Positions 34,160-49,637 of a stretch of 64,000 nt of DNA are shown piece by piece. Origin of the DNA: the human T2T-CHM13v2.0 reference genome, Homo sapiens; NCBI RefSeq assembly GCF_009914755.1, contig NC_060930.1. One strand, written 5' to 3'. The position numbers and the translations under genes were made by a program. The first letter of the stretch is position 1. Each line of letters opens with the position of its first letter. The notes beneath the pieces were generated by a model. That model saw only the letters and a program-made list of their open reading frames with translations. It searched no databases and had not been told where the DNA came from.

Positions 34160-36917
34160 ATTTTTTTCAACTACTAAAGTATATATGTTAATTATACAAA
34201 GTACAGAATGGCTCACAAATAAATCATATGATCCCCACCTTCCAGAGATAGCCACTTGTATATTTAGGGGAACATGATCCTTCTGGTTTTACTATACCTG
34301 TAATTTATAATATGCTTTTGCTCTTTTAGATAATGTAATGAATCTTTATAACCTTAAATATTCTTCTATAACATGATTTTTAGTAGCCCTATGGTACTCT
34401 ATCTTTGAGAAGCATCATAATTTAGTTATTTGCTTTGTGCATTTAGAGTTGTTCTAAACAAACATCTTTGAACATATACCTTTTTGCATATTTTGATCTT
34501 ATGAAAAGTTCAGAAGCAAATTTATTAGGTCAGAGGGTAAAAATAATTTTTAGGGCTTAAAATATCTATCTATATATATTATATAGATATATATTTGCCA
34601 AATTGCCTTTCAGAAAGGATGTAAACAGTTAATGTTCCCCTTGGCAGAGTATGGGAGTGCCTATTTTGAAATGTATTTGCCAACTTAACAGACAGAAAAT
34701 GGTATGTTGTTCTAATTTGCAGTATTTGATAACTAGCGAAGTTGGATTTTTATATATCCATTGGCTGTTTCTGTTTCTTTTGAAAATTGTGTGTACCTGT
34801 TTTTCTATTAGGGGTTAATCTGTGTCTTTCCTACATTTAGTTGGTATTTATTTCAATGTCTGATGTGAGGTAGGGGTCTAACATCATTGTCCCTTCCGCC
34901 CCCACCCCAATACTATTGTACTGTTTATTGAATAATACTTCCTTTCATTGCTGATTTCAGAGGACACTGTATCATAAACTTAATATTAGAATAAGAGCTA
35001 TTTCAGTTCAAAAATGAATTTTTTTCTCTAATTAAAAAGAATTGTTATATTTAAACCTGATCTATTTAAATGTAGTCAGTAGTAAAATTGGCTAATGTTT
35101 AACCTGTTTGAATGGTATTTGGTGCATATTCTTTCTTCCCTTCAAGCACAATTAAACATAAAAGTGGCTAATCATTTCGCCCTCTTGTTATCCACAACCA
35201 CAGAGAGCCTACCAGTTTTAAACCCTTGTTCATATCCAGAGTACCACCATCTTCCTGGAGGTGATTGTTTTATTTGCAGTCAGAAGTAGCCAGGAGAAGA
35301 TCCTTGGGCTCATTAGGGCTGGCCTTATATCTCAAGCTTAGTAAGTGACCGTAAACATCATACATGTATTTTCAGTTGCAGCAGCAGTACTTCCAAAAAG
35401 GCTTCTTTATGATCCTTTGAAAGAATATTCTTTTTTTGGCTATGTTTCTCACATCTTACATTTTACCATACTTGCTAAAAATTAAAGGTAACTGCTGTTA
35501 AAGGATGAAAGAAACTCCTAGAAAATGTGGCTGAAAAGTGCAAAGCTTCTCTAGATTATATTAAGATATTTTGAGGTACTACGTAGAATGAACTATTAAG
35601 TGCTATTAAGGCTATTTAAGAAGCAGAAAGAATGTAATTGCCATAAGAGCATCATGTTTACTTTTGTATTATGTAAAGAGGGTACAAATTGGGGCAGTAA
35701 TGTATGCATTATTTAATGCTTGATGTTTTCTCTCAACAAGTGCAAAGAAAGTCCCCAAATGTGCTCAGCATATAAACATGTCCCTTTTTATATATTACTT
35801 TTAGCCCGAAAGGTAAGTGCTGTTTTAATGGGATGCTTCCTGTCTAATATCTGAAATACATGTTTGATGTACCGTATTTCGTATTTCATTCATTTAGTTT
35901 TGCTGTAATGACCAAATAACCCAATGAGAACAGTGTTGCTAATTTCAGGTATATCTTGTTCGCTATAACTGTTGGAAGAAAATTGATTTTATAATAATGT
36001 TACCTTGTTCCAAATGCAGTCATTTCTACTGTGCTATCTTTTTAGTTCTATGCTCATTTTTGGAAAGAGGTTATTATTTATATTGTAGATGTCTGCCACA
36101 AACTTCAATATACAGGGCTCTGAGACAAGAATGGAAAGAAGGAAACGAGGAGAAAGAACGAAGGACACTAGGGAGGAGAATGTAGAATGGGATGGGTGGT
36201 TCATGAGACCACTTCAGTGCATATTATCATTGTTACCAAAAGATAATTAGGAAAAGGAAGAGGAAGTAAAACATACACAGAGTCAGTTTTGTTACTTCAT
36301 AGTATAGTTTAAAAGGTAATTTTGGAATGCTTGAATAGTTAGAATGAGGCTGTTACCATGTGCCTTCTTTGCCTTCATTTTCAACCACAAAAGAGAATGG
36401 GCCAGGCTCACAGCTGACAGGGACAAAATGTGTTGTAAACATTGTCTCTGTTAAAGAAAGGGAGAGTATCTTTTCAAGGATTAAAAGTGGAGACAATGCA
36501 ACTGACTTGTTCAAGGTTGTGCAACAGAATATGGATAGAAATTGGGTCATTTTATTTGTCTCTGAAGTCTCTGCTTGTCTTTGCAATAAAGTGAAGATAC
36601 ATTTACTTCAGGTAAAATAACAAATGGTGAGGATATATTTTCATTTTAAAAATAAAATTGCTATCTAAGGTATTTACTATCTGAGTTCTTAAAGATGTTT
36701 AAGTGTCTCCAAATTCAACAAGCAGTTTATGTTCGCTATCATCTGTATATTTTATGAGAGGTATGGAACAAAGAGGAAACATTTTGAAGCAAGATTTTAA
36801 TTCTGCTCCAAATCTTGGTAACTTATGTGTGTGTGTATGAAGTATTTGTATTTGTATGTATTTGAACTATAAATACTACTTTTGTACCACTATCCTCCTA
36901 AGAAAATATTCTCTTGA

Positions 36918-37121
<204 letters not shown>

Positions 37122-38153
37122 TAGTCTGTAATATAAACTCCCATTTGGTGTTATTTTGAATATGAGATACTTTTCATTTTGAGAAATCATAGGCTAAAAT
37201 AGTCAGTTTTATTTTATTTTTTAAAATTTTTAAAATTTTTTGTGGGTACGTAGTAGGTGTATATTTTTATGGGGTACATGAAGTGTTTTGATACAGGCAT
37301 GCAATGGGAAGGAAGTACATCATGGAGAATGGGGTATCCATCCTCTGATGCATAAAGCAGTCAGTCTGGCCACATGCTTGCCATGAGTTCCGTACTATTG
37401 ATGTCCTGATAGTAGGTTGGGGAAAATGTGGCTAGCAATTGTTGTTTTGTATTTTCTCTAAGATATGAAGTTTCAGAACTTCCTTGTTAAACAGAAGTTG
37501 TAGCTCCACTAAAGCAAACCAACAGTATCATCTTTGAGTGTTTCCTACAAACTTGAAACTCTCAAGGACTCTAAGATGCAGAGAGTCAGTCTTAGATTTT
37601 TCAAGTGTGACAGCTAAGCAGCATGTACCTTGTAATTCCAATATTCTCTCCTCCAGGAAACAACCAGTCTCAGTGACACTGGGAAGACGGGAAGCTAGAG
37701 CAGTGCTACTAGCTAGCTTCAGATAACCACTTTCATGTCCCCACCACTCACATGCTTGAGTCACTTGCCAGTACAGGTTATTTTGAGTACAGTTAAATTG
37801 GTAATATAATATTCTCAGAAGAAACAAACAGTTTACCTGAAGCAGTTTAGTGTGATGCTCTGTGGTGTGAGCCTCAGGATCAGGTAGAGTTGAGTTGGAA
37901 TCTCTGCAGTTCTGTGACCTGGGTCGAGTAATTTAAACTCTCTAAGCCTTATTTTCCTTATCTGAAAATGTAAATGCCTGGACACACCTCACAGAGTCAT
38001 TGTGAGGACTTAATGAGGAGGCTTTTTAGTGTTTTTAACTGAGGAGTCATGTACTATAATAATATAATCAATTTTGCCACATGAACAAAATTTTTTACAT
38101 ACCATACATGAAGTTAGAGCCTAGTCCATTGCACTCAAAGGCCTCTAATGTCA

Positions 38154-38532
<379 letters not shown>

Positions 38533-38597
38533 GGATACCTACCAAACACTACAGGAATCATTGCCAGTCTGTGCTAATTGTGTGTATGGGACCATGA

Positions 38598-38946
<349 letters not shown>

Positions 38947-39859
38947 TTCTTGCAGCTGTTATTAAGTTCTGTGTTGCTTCAGGAATATTTAAAATATTTG
39001 GAAGGTCTCAGAATTTGTATGTTTCTCAAATTTATTCTTATCAATGCATATTATTGGAATAACCAACTTAATACTTGAGCTTACTGTCCCTATAAATGGA
39101 GCACTGCTAATTTTTACATTAAATTTATTATTAATAAAATATTATTTACATGAATTTTTGCTGACAAAAAATTTGAAACTTTATTTGTTGAGAGATGGGT
39201 ATAAATACCTATATTTATATTTATTGATGACAGTTAACCATAGGTAAATATGGTTGATTTTCTGAAATTTTGTATTACTTTAAAGTGTTGAAGCTATTTA
39301 GATACAGCTTGGGAACAGCCATAACTCAATTTTCCACTGCAGAAATTAGCTATGTATTAAAAGCATAATTTAAACCCCTTGCTCACCTTGAGTTACATCA
39401 CAAAGGCAGGTGGTTTGAGAGTTTATATGTGGGAATAAAAGGAAGCTGGTATTACATCCCCATTTTCTAAAAAAGGAAATTGAGGTGCAGAGATAATGTC
39501 TTGGCTAAGATTATTCAGTTAGATGATTCAGTGAGAATCAGCTCTAAGCCTACCACTGAAAATAAAATTGTATCTAAGTAGATAATATGGCTTACTCAGT
39601 TGATTTAGGTCTCCTTTTTCTGTTTGTTTGTTTTTCCTCTAGAATGTCAAAATTCTGAAAACTATTTTTTGGTGTCAGGGGAAGAGGGAATTGATACTGT
39701 GCATAAACAATTTTTATAAATACTGTAAGATAAATTTCAGTGGGTTTTTAAAAAAACTTTCTAGTGTCACCCACCTGTACAGGTTATTTTGCTGACAGTT
39801 AAAGCAGCATTACAGTTCTCAAAAGAAATGAACAGTTTACCCAGAGGCAGCAACAGGAC

Positions 39860-40260
39860 AAGAGCACAGAGCTCAGGCTCACGTAGAGCTGAGTTGGAAT
39901 TTCTGCAAGTGTATGTGGCCTGCGACCCATTAACCTCTCAACCTCATTTTCTCACCTATAAAATGGAGATGATTATACATACCTCACAGGGTCATTGAGG
40001 CTTAAATGGGAAAATATATGGAAAGTACTTAATACTGGGTCTGACACAGAATAAACCCTGTACTGAAGTAGCCAGGCTCTGGAAAGCCTGCCTCCAGTTA
40101 ATACCTGGGTGACCTTGGGCAAGTCACTTAACTGGTCTCATTCTGTTTCCACATCATTAAAACAGAGACAATAATAGTACCTAACTTACAGCTTTCTCTG
40201 AGAATCAGATGAGATCATATAAATGGTTAGCACCTAGCAAATACAATAGGTGTTAGTATT
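39860..40260 (+). mobile_element. MIR fragments
   Basis: GTGACCTTGGGCAAGTCACTTAAC, CTCATTTTCTCACCTATAAAATGGAGAT. Confidence 0.7.
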
Positions 40261-40269
40261 GTTACTGTC

Positions 40270-40560
40270 TTTGTTTTTGAGTCAGAGTCTGGCTCTGTCA
40301 CCTAGGCTGGAGTGCAGTGGCGTGATCTCGGCTCACTGCAGCCTCTGCCTCCCAGGGCTCAAGCCATCTTTTCACCTTAGCCTTCCAAGTAGCTAGGACC
40401 ACAGGTGGACACCACCACACCCAGCTAATTTTTGTATTTTTGGTAGAGACTGGGTTTTGTCATGTTGCCCAGGCTGGCCTCCAACTCCTGGGCTCAAGCA
40501 GTCTGCCCATTTTGGCTCCCAAATTGCCGGGATTACAGGTGTGAGCCACTGCACCTGCCC
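40270..40560 (-). mobile_element. AluJ
   Basis: Dimeric Alu. Confidence 0.88.
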
Positions 40561-41049
40561 TGTTACTATTCTTTAAGGAGATAACATTCCCTAGTTTTTA
40601 ACATTTATTAAAGATCATACGGGATGCCCATAAAGTCTGGAAACTTAGATAATGTGACTTATTAATGTAATATTAATAAAGACTTTATTATTTATTCATG
40701 AGTGTTTTGAAATTTGTGGCATGCTGTATCTTATACTGTGTTTATCAATGATACAGGAATGGTATAGATAATGGCGTGGCATATCTATGCCATGAAATAA
40801 TACTTTTCTTGCACAATAAGGGAAGAGGGAATAAACTTAACTCTACCTAGAGTCATTGGAACAAGGTCCTCTTGAGATAAGTACTTCGATGACACAAAAT
40901 CTCACATTGACTGATCTGCCTAAAACCACTAATTGAAGCTTTGTTCTGAATTTGATTAATATGGCATACAATCATCTAAGATTCCATCTAATGAACTGGT
41001 GTTTAGAATGTCACCAAGATGTTTTTAGGTATTAAGCATTAATTATTTC

Positions 41050-41800
41050 ATTGACTCCTAGAGTTGGGAGATTTCTTGGCCTGCCCCCTGTCTGATATGT
41101 GAGTTCCCTTTCTGTTTCCCTAGGGAGAGAGAGAGGTAATCTGGCCTATGCTTGACAAGTTCTTGTTTGTCAACTGTTGAAGAGGCAGTTGTTTTGGAAC
41201 AGTTCACTTACACAATTCTTCCTCATGTCATGCTGAGATCTGCTTCTCTGTAATCTTACCTATTAATCCTAGTTAAAGACCTTAAAAACAAGATTTCCTC
41301 ATCCACTTGATAATCTTTTAAATATTTGAAGTTGAGTTCATACACTTTCAAAATCTCTTCTTCTACTGGTTAAATAGCCCCAGTTTCTTCAGCTGTTCCT
41401 CATATGCTGTGGTTTCAAGGCCCTCCAGCATTCGGAACAACACTCTACTCTGTGTATATTCCAGTTGAGGTCAATGTTCTTCTTAAACTGTGGCCCCCAG
41501 ATCTGGGTCCAATAATGGTCAGCATTTGGTCTGATTTGTGCTAGCTGTTCTGAGACCACTGGGACCATCACTCCCCTTGTCCTGGATGCTGTGTTTTCAT
41601 TGATAAGCATAAGGTCACACCAGCCATCCTCAGCATTGCCATCACAGTGTGCATTCTCCAAGCTTCCTGTCTGTTAGAACTCCTAAGTCTTTTTAACATG
41701 TGCCGCTGCCACTCTGCCACATCTGTACCATTCTTGTCATGTTCGTATATGCTTTGCCTACTTCCAAAAAAAGTATTGAAATGTGTACCTTTAATGAATA
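41050..41800 (-). mobile_element. L3/CR1 LINE fragment
   Basis: Minus-strand ORF 41389-41661 contains HYWTQIWGPQFKKNID, resembling the CR1 RT C-terminal YCVQFWAPQFKKDID; approximate boundaries. Confidence 0.6.
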
Positions 41801-41821
41801 CTTCTAGCTTTATAGTTTCTT

Positions 41822-42133
<312 letters not shown>

Positions 42134-43346
42134 AGATTTAATCAGTTGACCATCTTGATCCTAATTCAAGTACTTGATGAAAAATGTTGAGTACAGTAGG
42201 GTAAATGGCAGAACCCATTGATTTCTACCCACAGACAACTCCTTCCACATAACATTGTTTAGTGCCTTTGATTGTAATCATTTAAACAGCTGTAATTTCA
42301 CTTAACTACACTATTGCCCTGCCCATATTTCTCTGTCTTGTTCACAAATATTGATTGCTCTGCTGACATTCATGAATGTTTCAGGGGGCTCCCAAGTTAG
42401 CTAGGAAAATTAGACAGTGTAAAAATTTTCCCTAACCTTCCTATGGAACCGAGAACTCTTAATAATACTAGGAACTGAAAAAGAAAAGAGAATCTGACTT
42501 ACTAGCTCTTTTGTATGCAAAGAAGGGAGTGACACTAACTTGCAATCTCCTGTTTTCTGATCCCTGGTCCCAAAGCAGGTTTCTGACCCAGTGCATTGTT
42601 CTTCCTCTGGATAAATGTACCTGGTAGTAGAGGTGGTAAAGATTCCCCTATCTTGGGCTTAGTCGTCTTAGATGCTCTTATCCTCCATCCATTTTAGCTT
42701 ATCTTCCCCAAGGCAGATATTTCTTTGCTTCTGAGACTCACCCAAAAGACTTGGAATCTTTTAAAAGTGTTGTTAAATTGCTACATATTGTAAGGGAAAT
42801 ACAATTTAGTAATATTTTTAAAAAGTTTATGGCCTGGTCTTAAATCATGAATACATGATTATCTTTTCATTTTTGCTCACCACAAGAATTCTGAGTTAAA
42901 ACACATTTTTTGTAATGTCTACTTCTTCTTCCTAAGCAAGCTGATTGTAAGCAACATTCTTTAGGGAATTTCTCATATACTGATAACTTCTCTACTTTAC
43001 TCGTCTGCCAGTGTTAGATCATCACAGAATTAGATTTACTCAGATGCATGCATACACACATGCATACACCCCTCTTAAACAATTAGTCCATGTCTTTTTC
43101 ATTCCCCTGATCTGACAGTCTGATTTTCCTATTAGGAAAGGAAATGATATTAGCTTGGTGTGGCTTGTTTTTGTGAATAGATGTGAATTCAGAGAATGCA
43201 TTGGCTATCTTTTTAGGTCACTTACAACACATCTCGATCTCATATTTGATTCTGTTATGTTGCTGGGATCAACATCACTTACATCATTTGTTGATGTCTG
43301 GTTTTTGGAATCTGTCACCCTCTCACTGCTGAGCATCAAGACTACT

Positions 43347-43661
43347 GTTATCCTCAGCAAACTAATGCAGGAACAGAAAACTAAACACTGCGTGTTCTCA
43401 CTTAAAAGTGGGAGCTGAATGATGAGAACACATGGACACATGATGGGAGAGAACAACACACACCAGGGCCTGCAGTGGTGAGGGTGGAAGGGAGAGCATC
43501 AGTATGAATAGCTAATGGATGCTGGGCTTAATACCTAGGTGATGGGATGATCTGTGCAGCAAACCACTATGGCACACATTTACCTATGTAACAAACCTGC
43601 ACGTTCCGCACATGTACCCCTGAACTTAATGAAAGTTGAAAAAAGTAAATAAATAAATAAA
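43347..43661 (+). mobile_element. L1PA 3' end fragment
   Basis: TATCCTCAGCAAACTAATGCAGGAACAGAAAA...GTACCCCTGAACTTAA plus A-rich tail. Confidence 0.88.
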
Positions 43662-44099
43662 TTCTGCTAAATGTAAAAATTAAAGACTGCATTGGCCCAT
43701 TTCCAGTATCAGCTCCATGTTTCACTGTTCCTTAAAGATTATAGATCTCAGCTACACCGGGACACTAGCCTCTTGTAGAGACGCTCTAGCGCCTCCTTCT
43801 GTCTTCTGGGTTGTACACAGTTCCCTCTTGTGTTTTTTCTTTCAGGTGCGAAACTTGTTATGGCTAGGGAGGATAGAAACAGTACTGGAATTAAGTAGCT
43901 CTACTTTCTCTGTCATTGCTTTCAGCTTGGCACTTTCAACACATAGAGCAGTGTCTGACACATAGCAGGTGCTTAATAAATGTGGAATAACTGAATGAAT
44001 TCTTCACAAGCAGCAGCCTTATCCTTGCTCTGTTCTTCTCATATTCAAAGCCTTGTTATTGAAAAGGGGTTGGAGGATCTGCCCCTTTGGTTTTGCTCA

Positions 44100-44210
44100 G
44101 GAGTTTGTCATAGAGGCAGAATCTCAGGCCCCACCTACTGAATCATCTGCCTTTTAACAAGATCCCAAAGTGATTTACATGCACATTGAATTTTGAATAG
44201 CACTGCTGTA
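44100..44210. mobile_element. MER5-like hAT fragment
   Basis: CAGGCCCCACCTACTGAATCA...TTTTAACAAGATCCC...TTTGAATAGCACTG. Confidence 0.55.
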
Positions 44211-45329
44211 AAGCATAACTTCAGTCTAAAACAAAACTTTAGGAACCTTTCCTGTTAGAACAGTGATTTGCCCCACACAATTCATTAGGCTTCATATTCC
44301 TTTTTTCATCATTAGTGGTTGTGTATTCTGCTTGCCATCCCTAGGAGAGTTCCCTGTGTTGCCAGTTTCATTTGGATACTTTCCTGTTGCTTCATAATCA
44401 GGATTATTCAAGATTGTAATTTCAGCTTTATATTTTTAGAAAGCCTTTCATTTATATTAAAATCTCTTTTTAGCAATTTTTGGCTATAGGCTCTTTTTTT
44501 AATCTTTAGAAATCTGATTTTTAAAAAATTCTTCTCCTTCCTAGCTCTCATGAACTTTGACATATATCCTTTTCCTCTAAATATTCATTTCATTAGAATT
44601 TGATTGAGAATTAAATTAGGTGTTCAGAGAGAAGGCCACTTAGGATTCTTTCAGATTCTTTGCTTATAGCAGACGAGCCTTCTAGCAGAAATCCAGACAG
44701 GTGACATTCTTTACTCTTACTCTGACTAGCTTCTGTAATCAAGTAGCACATATTTACAGTTAAAGAATAACGGTCTATACTGCTTTCTAAGGGAACTTGT
44801 TCGTTAGGACTGTCTAATTCGTTCCTTAATGATTTTGCTTAACTGTTTTAACTATACACACAGGTGTGTACTATACAGCAGAGTAGATTCTAACTATCAG
44901 ATAACTACACGCAAGGGAATCCTGGTTGTAGGACTTGGGTCAAGGTCCCACTACTCACCTGGTGGCAGAGTAAGTCACTGTAGGCACAGTCCCTGGGAGA
45001 AGTTAACAGCAGTTCATAGAGTCAGCTTATTACCTTCTAATCCTTTTTAGCTAAAAGTAAATAATATCAGAGCATCTTGACTCTCAGGTGTATTCATGGC
45101 ATTTTTGTAGATCTGCAACATAGTTGAAGGAAGAAAGCAGTTGGGAAGGGAATTACCATGTTGAAGACCTACTGTGTCAAAAGCTTTGCAAACATGTTTT
45201 AAAAAGAAAAATATTAACTTTGAAGTAGGAACATGTTACTATAGACCATATAAATTATTTTATCCAGTAAATTTTAGAAAACCAACATTTACATTTGGTT
45301 CATCTTTTTTTTTAATTTTTATTTTATAG

Positions 45330-45388
45330 TTATACTTACTGGTGGACACCAGAGGTGATAAAGCATTTACCATTGCCCTATGATGAAG
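45330..45388 (+). CDS. FIG4: FIG4 exon 17 YTYWWTPEVIKHLPLPYDE
   Basis: ttatag|T TAT...GAA G|gtgggt. Confidence 0.95.
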
Positions 45389-46642
45389 GTGGGTAACTGT
45401 TTGTGTTTTAGTTTTTACACTAACATATTTTGGCATTATACCTTAATGAACTTGAAGCATTAAATCCTTTGCACATAGTATTTTATTAGAAACAAATGAA
45501 TGGCTGTTCAGTATTATGTTGCTGCTTTAATAGATAGGATATTATAACATCTCTTAGCTTTTTAAAGGGCAGGAATTATATTATACTTCTTTTTATCTAT
45601 GTAGGCCAATACCTTGTATTGTGTCTTACAATTATTATGTGTCTGTCAAATATTTAGTCAGTAAAATATGATATATCGGCTCATCACTTTAAACTAATAC
45701 AGTTTATATTTCTACATATTTTGGGAGAATGCGGAGGAAGTAAGGACCTATTCACAAGGAGAACTTAAAACTTTTTTCCTGTGCTAATAAGCAGTGAAAA
45801 AAGGTACAGATGCATGTATAAAAGTACATTTTAGTCACATTTAAATTAAATTTCATTAATTTGTCAGAGGGGCAGGAAACATTCTATATTAAAGGAAAAC
45901 CTTCAAGTGTATAATACATTAGAATGATGTTTCCAAATTTAAATAATTGCCAAATTTTAAATAAAGCTTAGTTCTGGCTTTGTTACTAACTCCCCTGACC
46001 TTGAGCAAGCTCATTTTCCATTTGGTAAAGGGTTCCTAGCAAGATCTCCTGCGAATCTGGAATGCTCCAATTGAGGACTCCATCTAGTCATGCTTCAGCA
46101 TCCCAACTTTGGGTGGGGAAGGCCATAAAGTAAGATTACAAAGTATTTTTGGTTCTTATTAAGTTATAAATTCATTTTGGAAGGTATTTGTAACTTGAAA
46201 TTCTGGGCAAAATCATTACTCATATTGCTGAAAAGGTTTAGTTGTTCTGGGAGAAAGGAAAGGGTTTTAACTAACAGTGGCTATTAACAGAATTTGAAAT
46301 ATAAAGGGAAACTTAGGGAAAAAGCTGTACAATTTTTAGCTAAAACACAAAGGACATTTATTTAAGAGCAAAAAGGAATTTAAAGAACCTCCTCTAAATA
46401 ACTGCCTGCTCCCATTGGACTTCCTGAGGCCCTCCTGGCTCCTTAGAGCTTGTTGAACTCAGCTTTGCATTGTATTTTCTATGCATCTATCTCATCTCCT
46501 TTCTAACTGTGTAAGTGTTGGAGGCAGGAGCTTACCCTCGGTCAGGGCTGTATCCCCCACAGAGCTTATCACAGTGCTGTCTGTGAACACAGTTAATATT
46601 ATGGAAATGTTTGCTTGCTATAATCTCAGACTTTTAGAGTAA

Positions 46643-46834
<192 letters not shown>

Positions 46835-48061
46835 TAAGTATTTGAGAACTGTAGTTTTCCTAGTTTGTATATATATGTCTGTCTTTACCAGAAATCCATT
46901 CTGTAGGCCTTCTGTCAGGTGGGTAGTCCACCTTTGAATACCTCCTGTGATGGGGAGCCCACTACTTCAAGAGGCAGCCCCTTCTATTGTTCTATTGACA
47001 GTTGGAGTTGATTTCTCCCCTTTGATAGGTTGAAATCTGCCTCCTATTAGTCCTAGTTTGCCATTTGGAATAAACTCAGTTTTTTCACTGAACATAGAAA
47101 TTGAGAGTTGACATAAATTAGTGGGAAAAGCATCATCTTTGGTACTAGAAAGGCTAGGATGTGAATCTTAGTTCAGCCACTTCCTGTGTGACCTTGGGAA
47201 AATTATCCAACTTACCTGAGCATTATTTTCTTAATCTGTCTTTCTCTGTCTCTCTTCTTTCTCTCTCCCCCACACACACACGCCCCGCAAGTGCCTTTGT
47301 AGTGCCTGGTACAGGCAGGTGATTGATAAATGGTAGCTATTATTATTACTATTATTATTAGTCATAGGACAAATCTAGTTTCTCTTTTGCCTCAAGATAT
47401 TTGAGGAAGCAGTATTCATTTTTTCAGGGTAAATATCCTTCATTTGTTCTTCCATAACTTATGTGGCATGGTTTCCATTCTCTCTCCATCCTAGTCTCTC
47501 ACCTTCAGACACATTTCATTCTCTGTATCTCTTTTAGAATTTGATGGGACCCTTTAGGAAAAACGCTGGGACCAGAATAAGAAAATCGAGCAAAGAAAAT
47601 TACTTGTTATATTTTATACTAAAATTTAATTTTTTATATTTCACATTTTCTTCAGATGTGGTATTTATATGCTTATACTTTGTGTGGTACATAGAAACAT
47701 ATTCTGTGGTTTTGTTTCCTAGAAATCACTCTACATTTTGCTTCAGTTTCAGATAGTTAGGAACAGTTCGAAATTCTTACTTGCTTGATTTTTCAAGTAA
47801 ACTTGTTAAGGTTTAGCAGTTTTAACTATGAGACCTTTGTCATTTCTAGAAGTTGTTAACTCAGCAAAAGATAAATGACATTAGGTATATGTGTTCATAT
47901 ACATATAAACCCTCACTTCACATCTTTGACAGCTTCTTGGAAACTGACTTTAAATGAAATGATGTCGGAAAAAACAACATTATTTAAGGACCTGCTGTAC
48001 ATTGTTTCACTTGAAGTCATAGTTTCCAAGAACCTATCAATGACATTAAGTGAGGACTTAC

Positions 48062-49035
48062 TGTAGTTAATTGTGTTTGTGGTAGCTGTGTTCTATAAAG
48101 TCATTGCAAACACTGAATTAGTAAATACTGGACCATTGCTTCTAAGGGAAATACAGGGTTAGGTTCCTGAGAGCCTCTGGTCACATCATATTTGTCAACC
48201 AATCAATACATAACCTAGTTTTGTGTATGTTTTTGTTTAAAGACAGAAACGTAGTTAATATACAATCAGTCCCTGCCTTATAATGATTCAACTTACGATT
48301 TTTCAGCTTTACAATGGTGCAAAAGTTACATGCATTAGCTAGAAACTGTTCTTCGAATTTTGAATTTTGATTCAAAATTCTTTATAATAACTTTACTATA
48401 AAACAGGCTTTGTGTTAGATGACTTTGCACAACCATAAGCTAATGTAAATGTTCTGAGCACTTTTAAGGTAGGCTACACAAAGCTATGATGTACAGTAGG
48501 TTAGGTGTACTAAATACATATTCAAGTTACTATGGGTTTGTCAGGATGTAACCCCCATTCTAAGTTGAGGAGCATCTGTATATTGTTGATTTATTAACAT
48601 AACACTCATGGCCAACAGCACTATAGCTCATGCCTGAATGAAGCTTATCTAACACACATGTTTTCTCTGTCAGGTGCATCCAAGCTTTCTTGTGCTTAGT
48701 AACACTAAACAGCTTCAGCACTATGTGTGGGGACCATCTTAAATAGCAAGATCACCAAAAAAGGCACCAAAAATGTGAAAAACATGGTGTCAAATAGACT
48801 GTGAAAAAGACACTCATTTACGATAGGAGAGCAGAAATTAAGAAGCGGAGTACCCCTTGTTCAGCCTCAGCTGAGAACATAAGCAAGGGATTCAAAGTTT
48901 TCACCACTCTGTACATGCACATGTCTGCAGTGACTGTGAAAGTACCACGAGGATTGATTTGGGGGTTACAGATACACCTTAGTGAGCAAGCAGTCTCACA
49001 AACATGGAATGTGCAAATGAAAACGATCAATTGTG
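48062..49035. mobile_element. MER82-like Tigger element interrupted by a second Tigger MITE
   Basis: GTTCTATAAAGTCATTGCAAACACTGAATTAG...CATGGCCAACAGCACTATAGCTCATGCCTGAATG; family named from memory. Confidence 0.65.
48263..48578. mobile_element. MER47/Tigger5-like MITE
   Basis: Ends ...AAGTTGAGGAGCATCTG; TA on both sides (48261-62, 48579-80). Confidence 0.7.
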
Positions 49036-49637
49036 TATGTTCAAAAAGAAAAGAATTTAAGCCAGTTACATCTTTGAAACATTTGCAAATGTTAAAATAG
49101 CTATTTTAGGCCAGAATCAAGATTACTTTCTTTTCCTTCAAATAATGTGATATTCAGTCACACGCTTGGAGCAGTGTCCTTGCCAGAAGCCAGGAGTCTT
49201 ATCCATCAGAAATCCTGGAACTGTTGCGTTTTTGGCATCTACTGTGGAATCTGGTCTGGCTTCAGCAGTAATGGTGAGGTGGCCTTTGCATAATGTGGAA
49301 GCTTTAGCTTATCTCAGTAAGTGGTAAATTAAAAGAGTTTCTATTTAAAGTGTTCCGGCAGTGTTTTAATGAATTAACCTCAGCCTAATGAGGTAGATGT
49401 TGGTATTTCAGTTCATACCACTGTGTTTTTGATCATTATGTCTACCTCCTTAGGTGGTATAGCTTAAAAATGTTGTCCATGAAACTGAACAGCTTAGTGT
49501 TTTGTCATTGGCCTTTAGGAATTTAAATTTTACCTGAGAACTAATCATGATATATAACCAGATTAACCAGATGGTATACATCTTAGCAGAAGTTCAGATG
49601 TCAACACTGTTATAGTAGATGATACTTAAATTCAAAA

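Noticed and set aside
43640-43695. Possible short 3' transduction or intronic poly(A) site after the L1 tail
   Set aside because: Only a 6-nt candidate TSD (AAGACT); AATAAA is part of the tail repeat; not enough support
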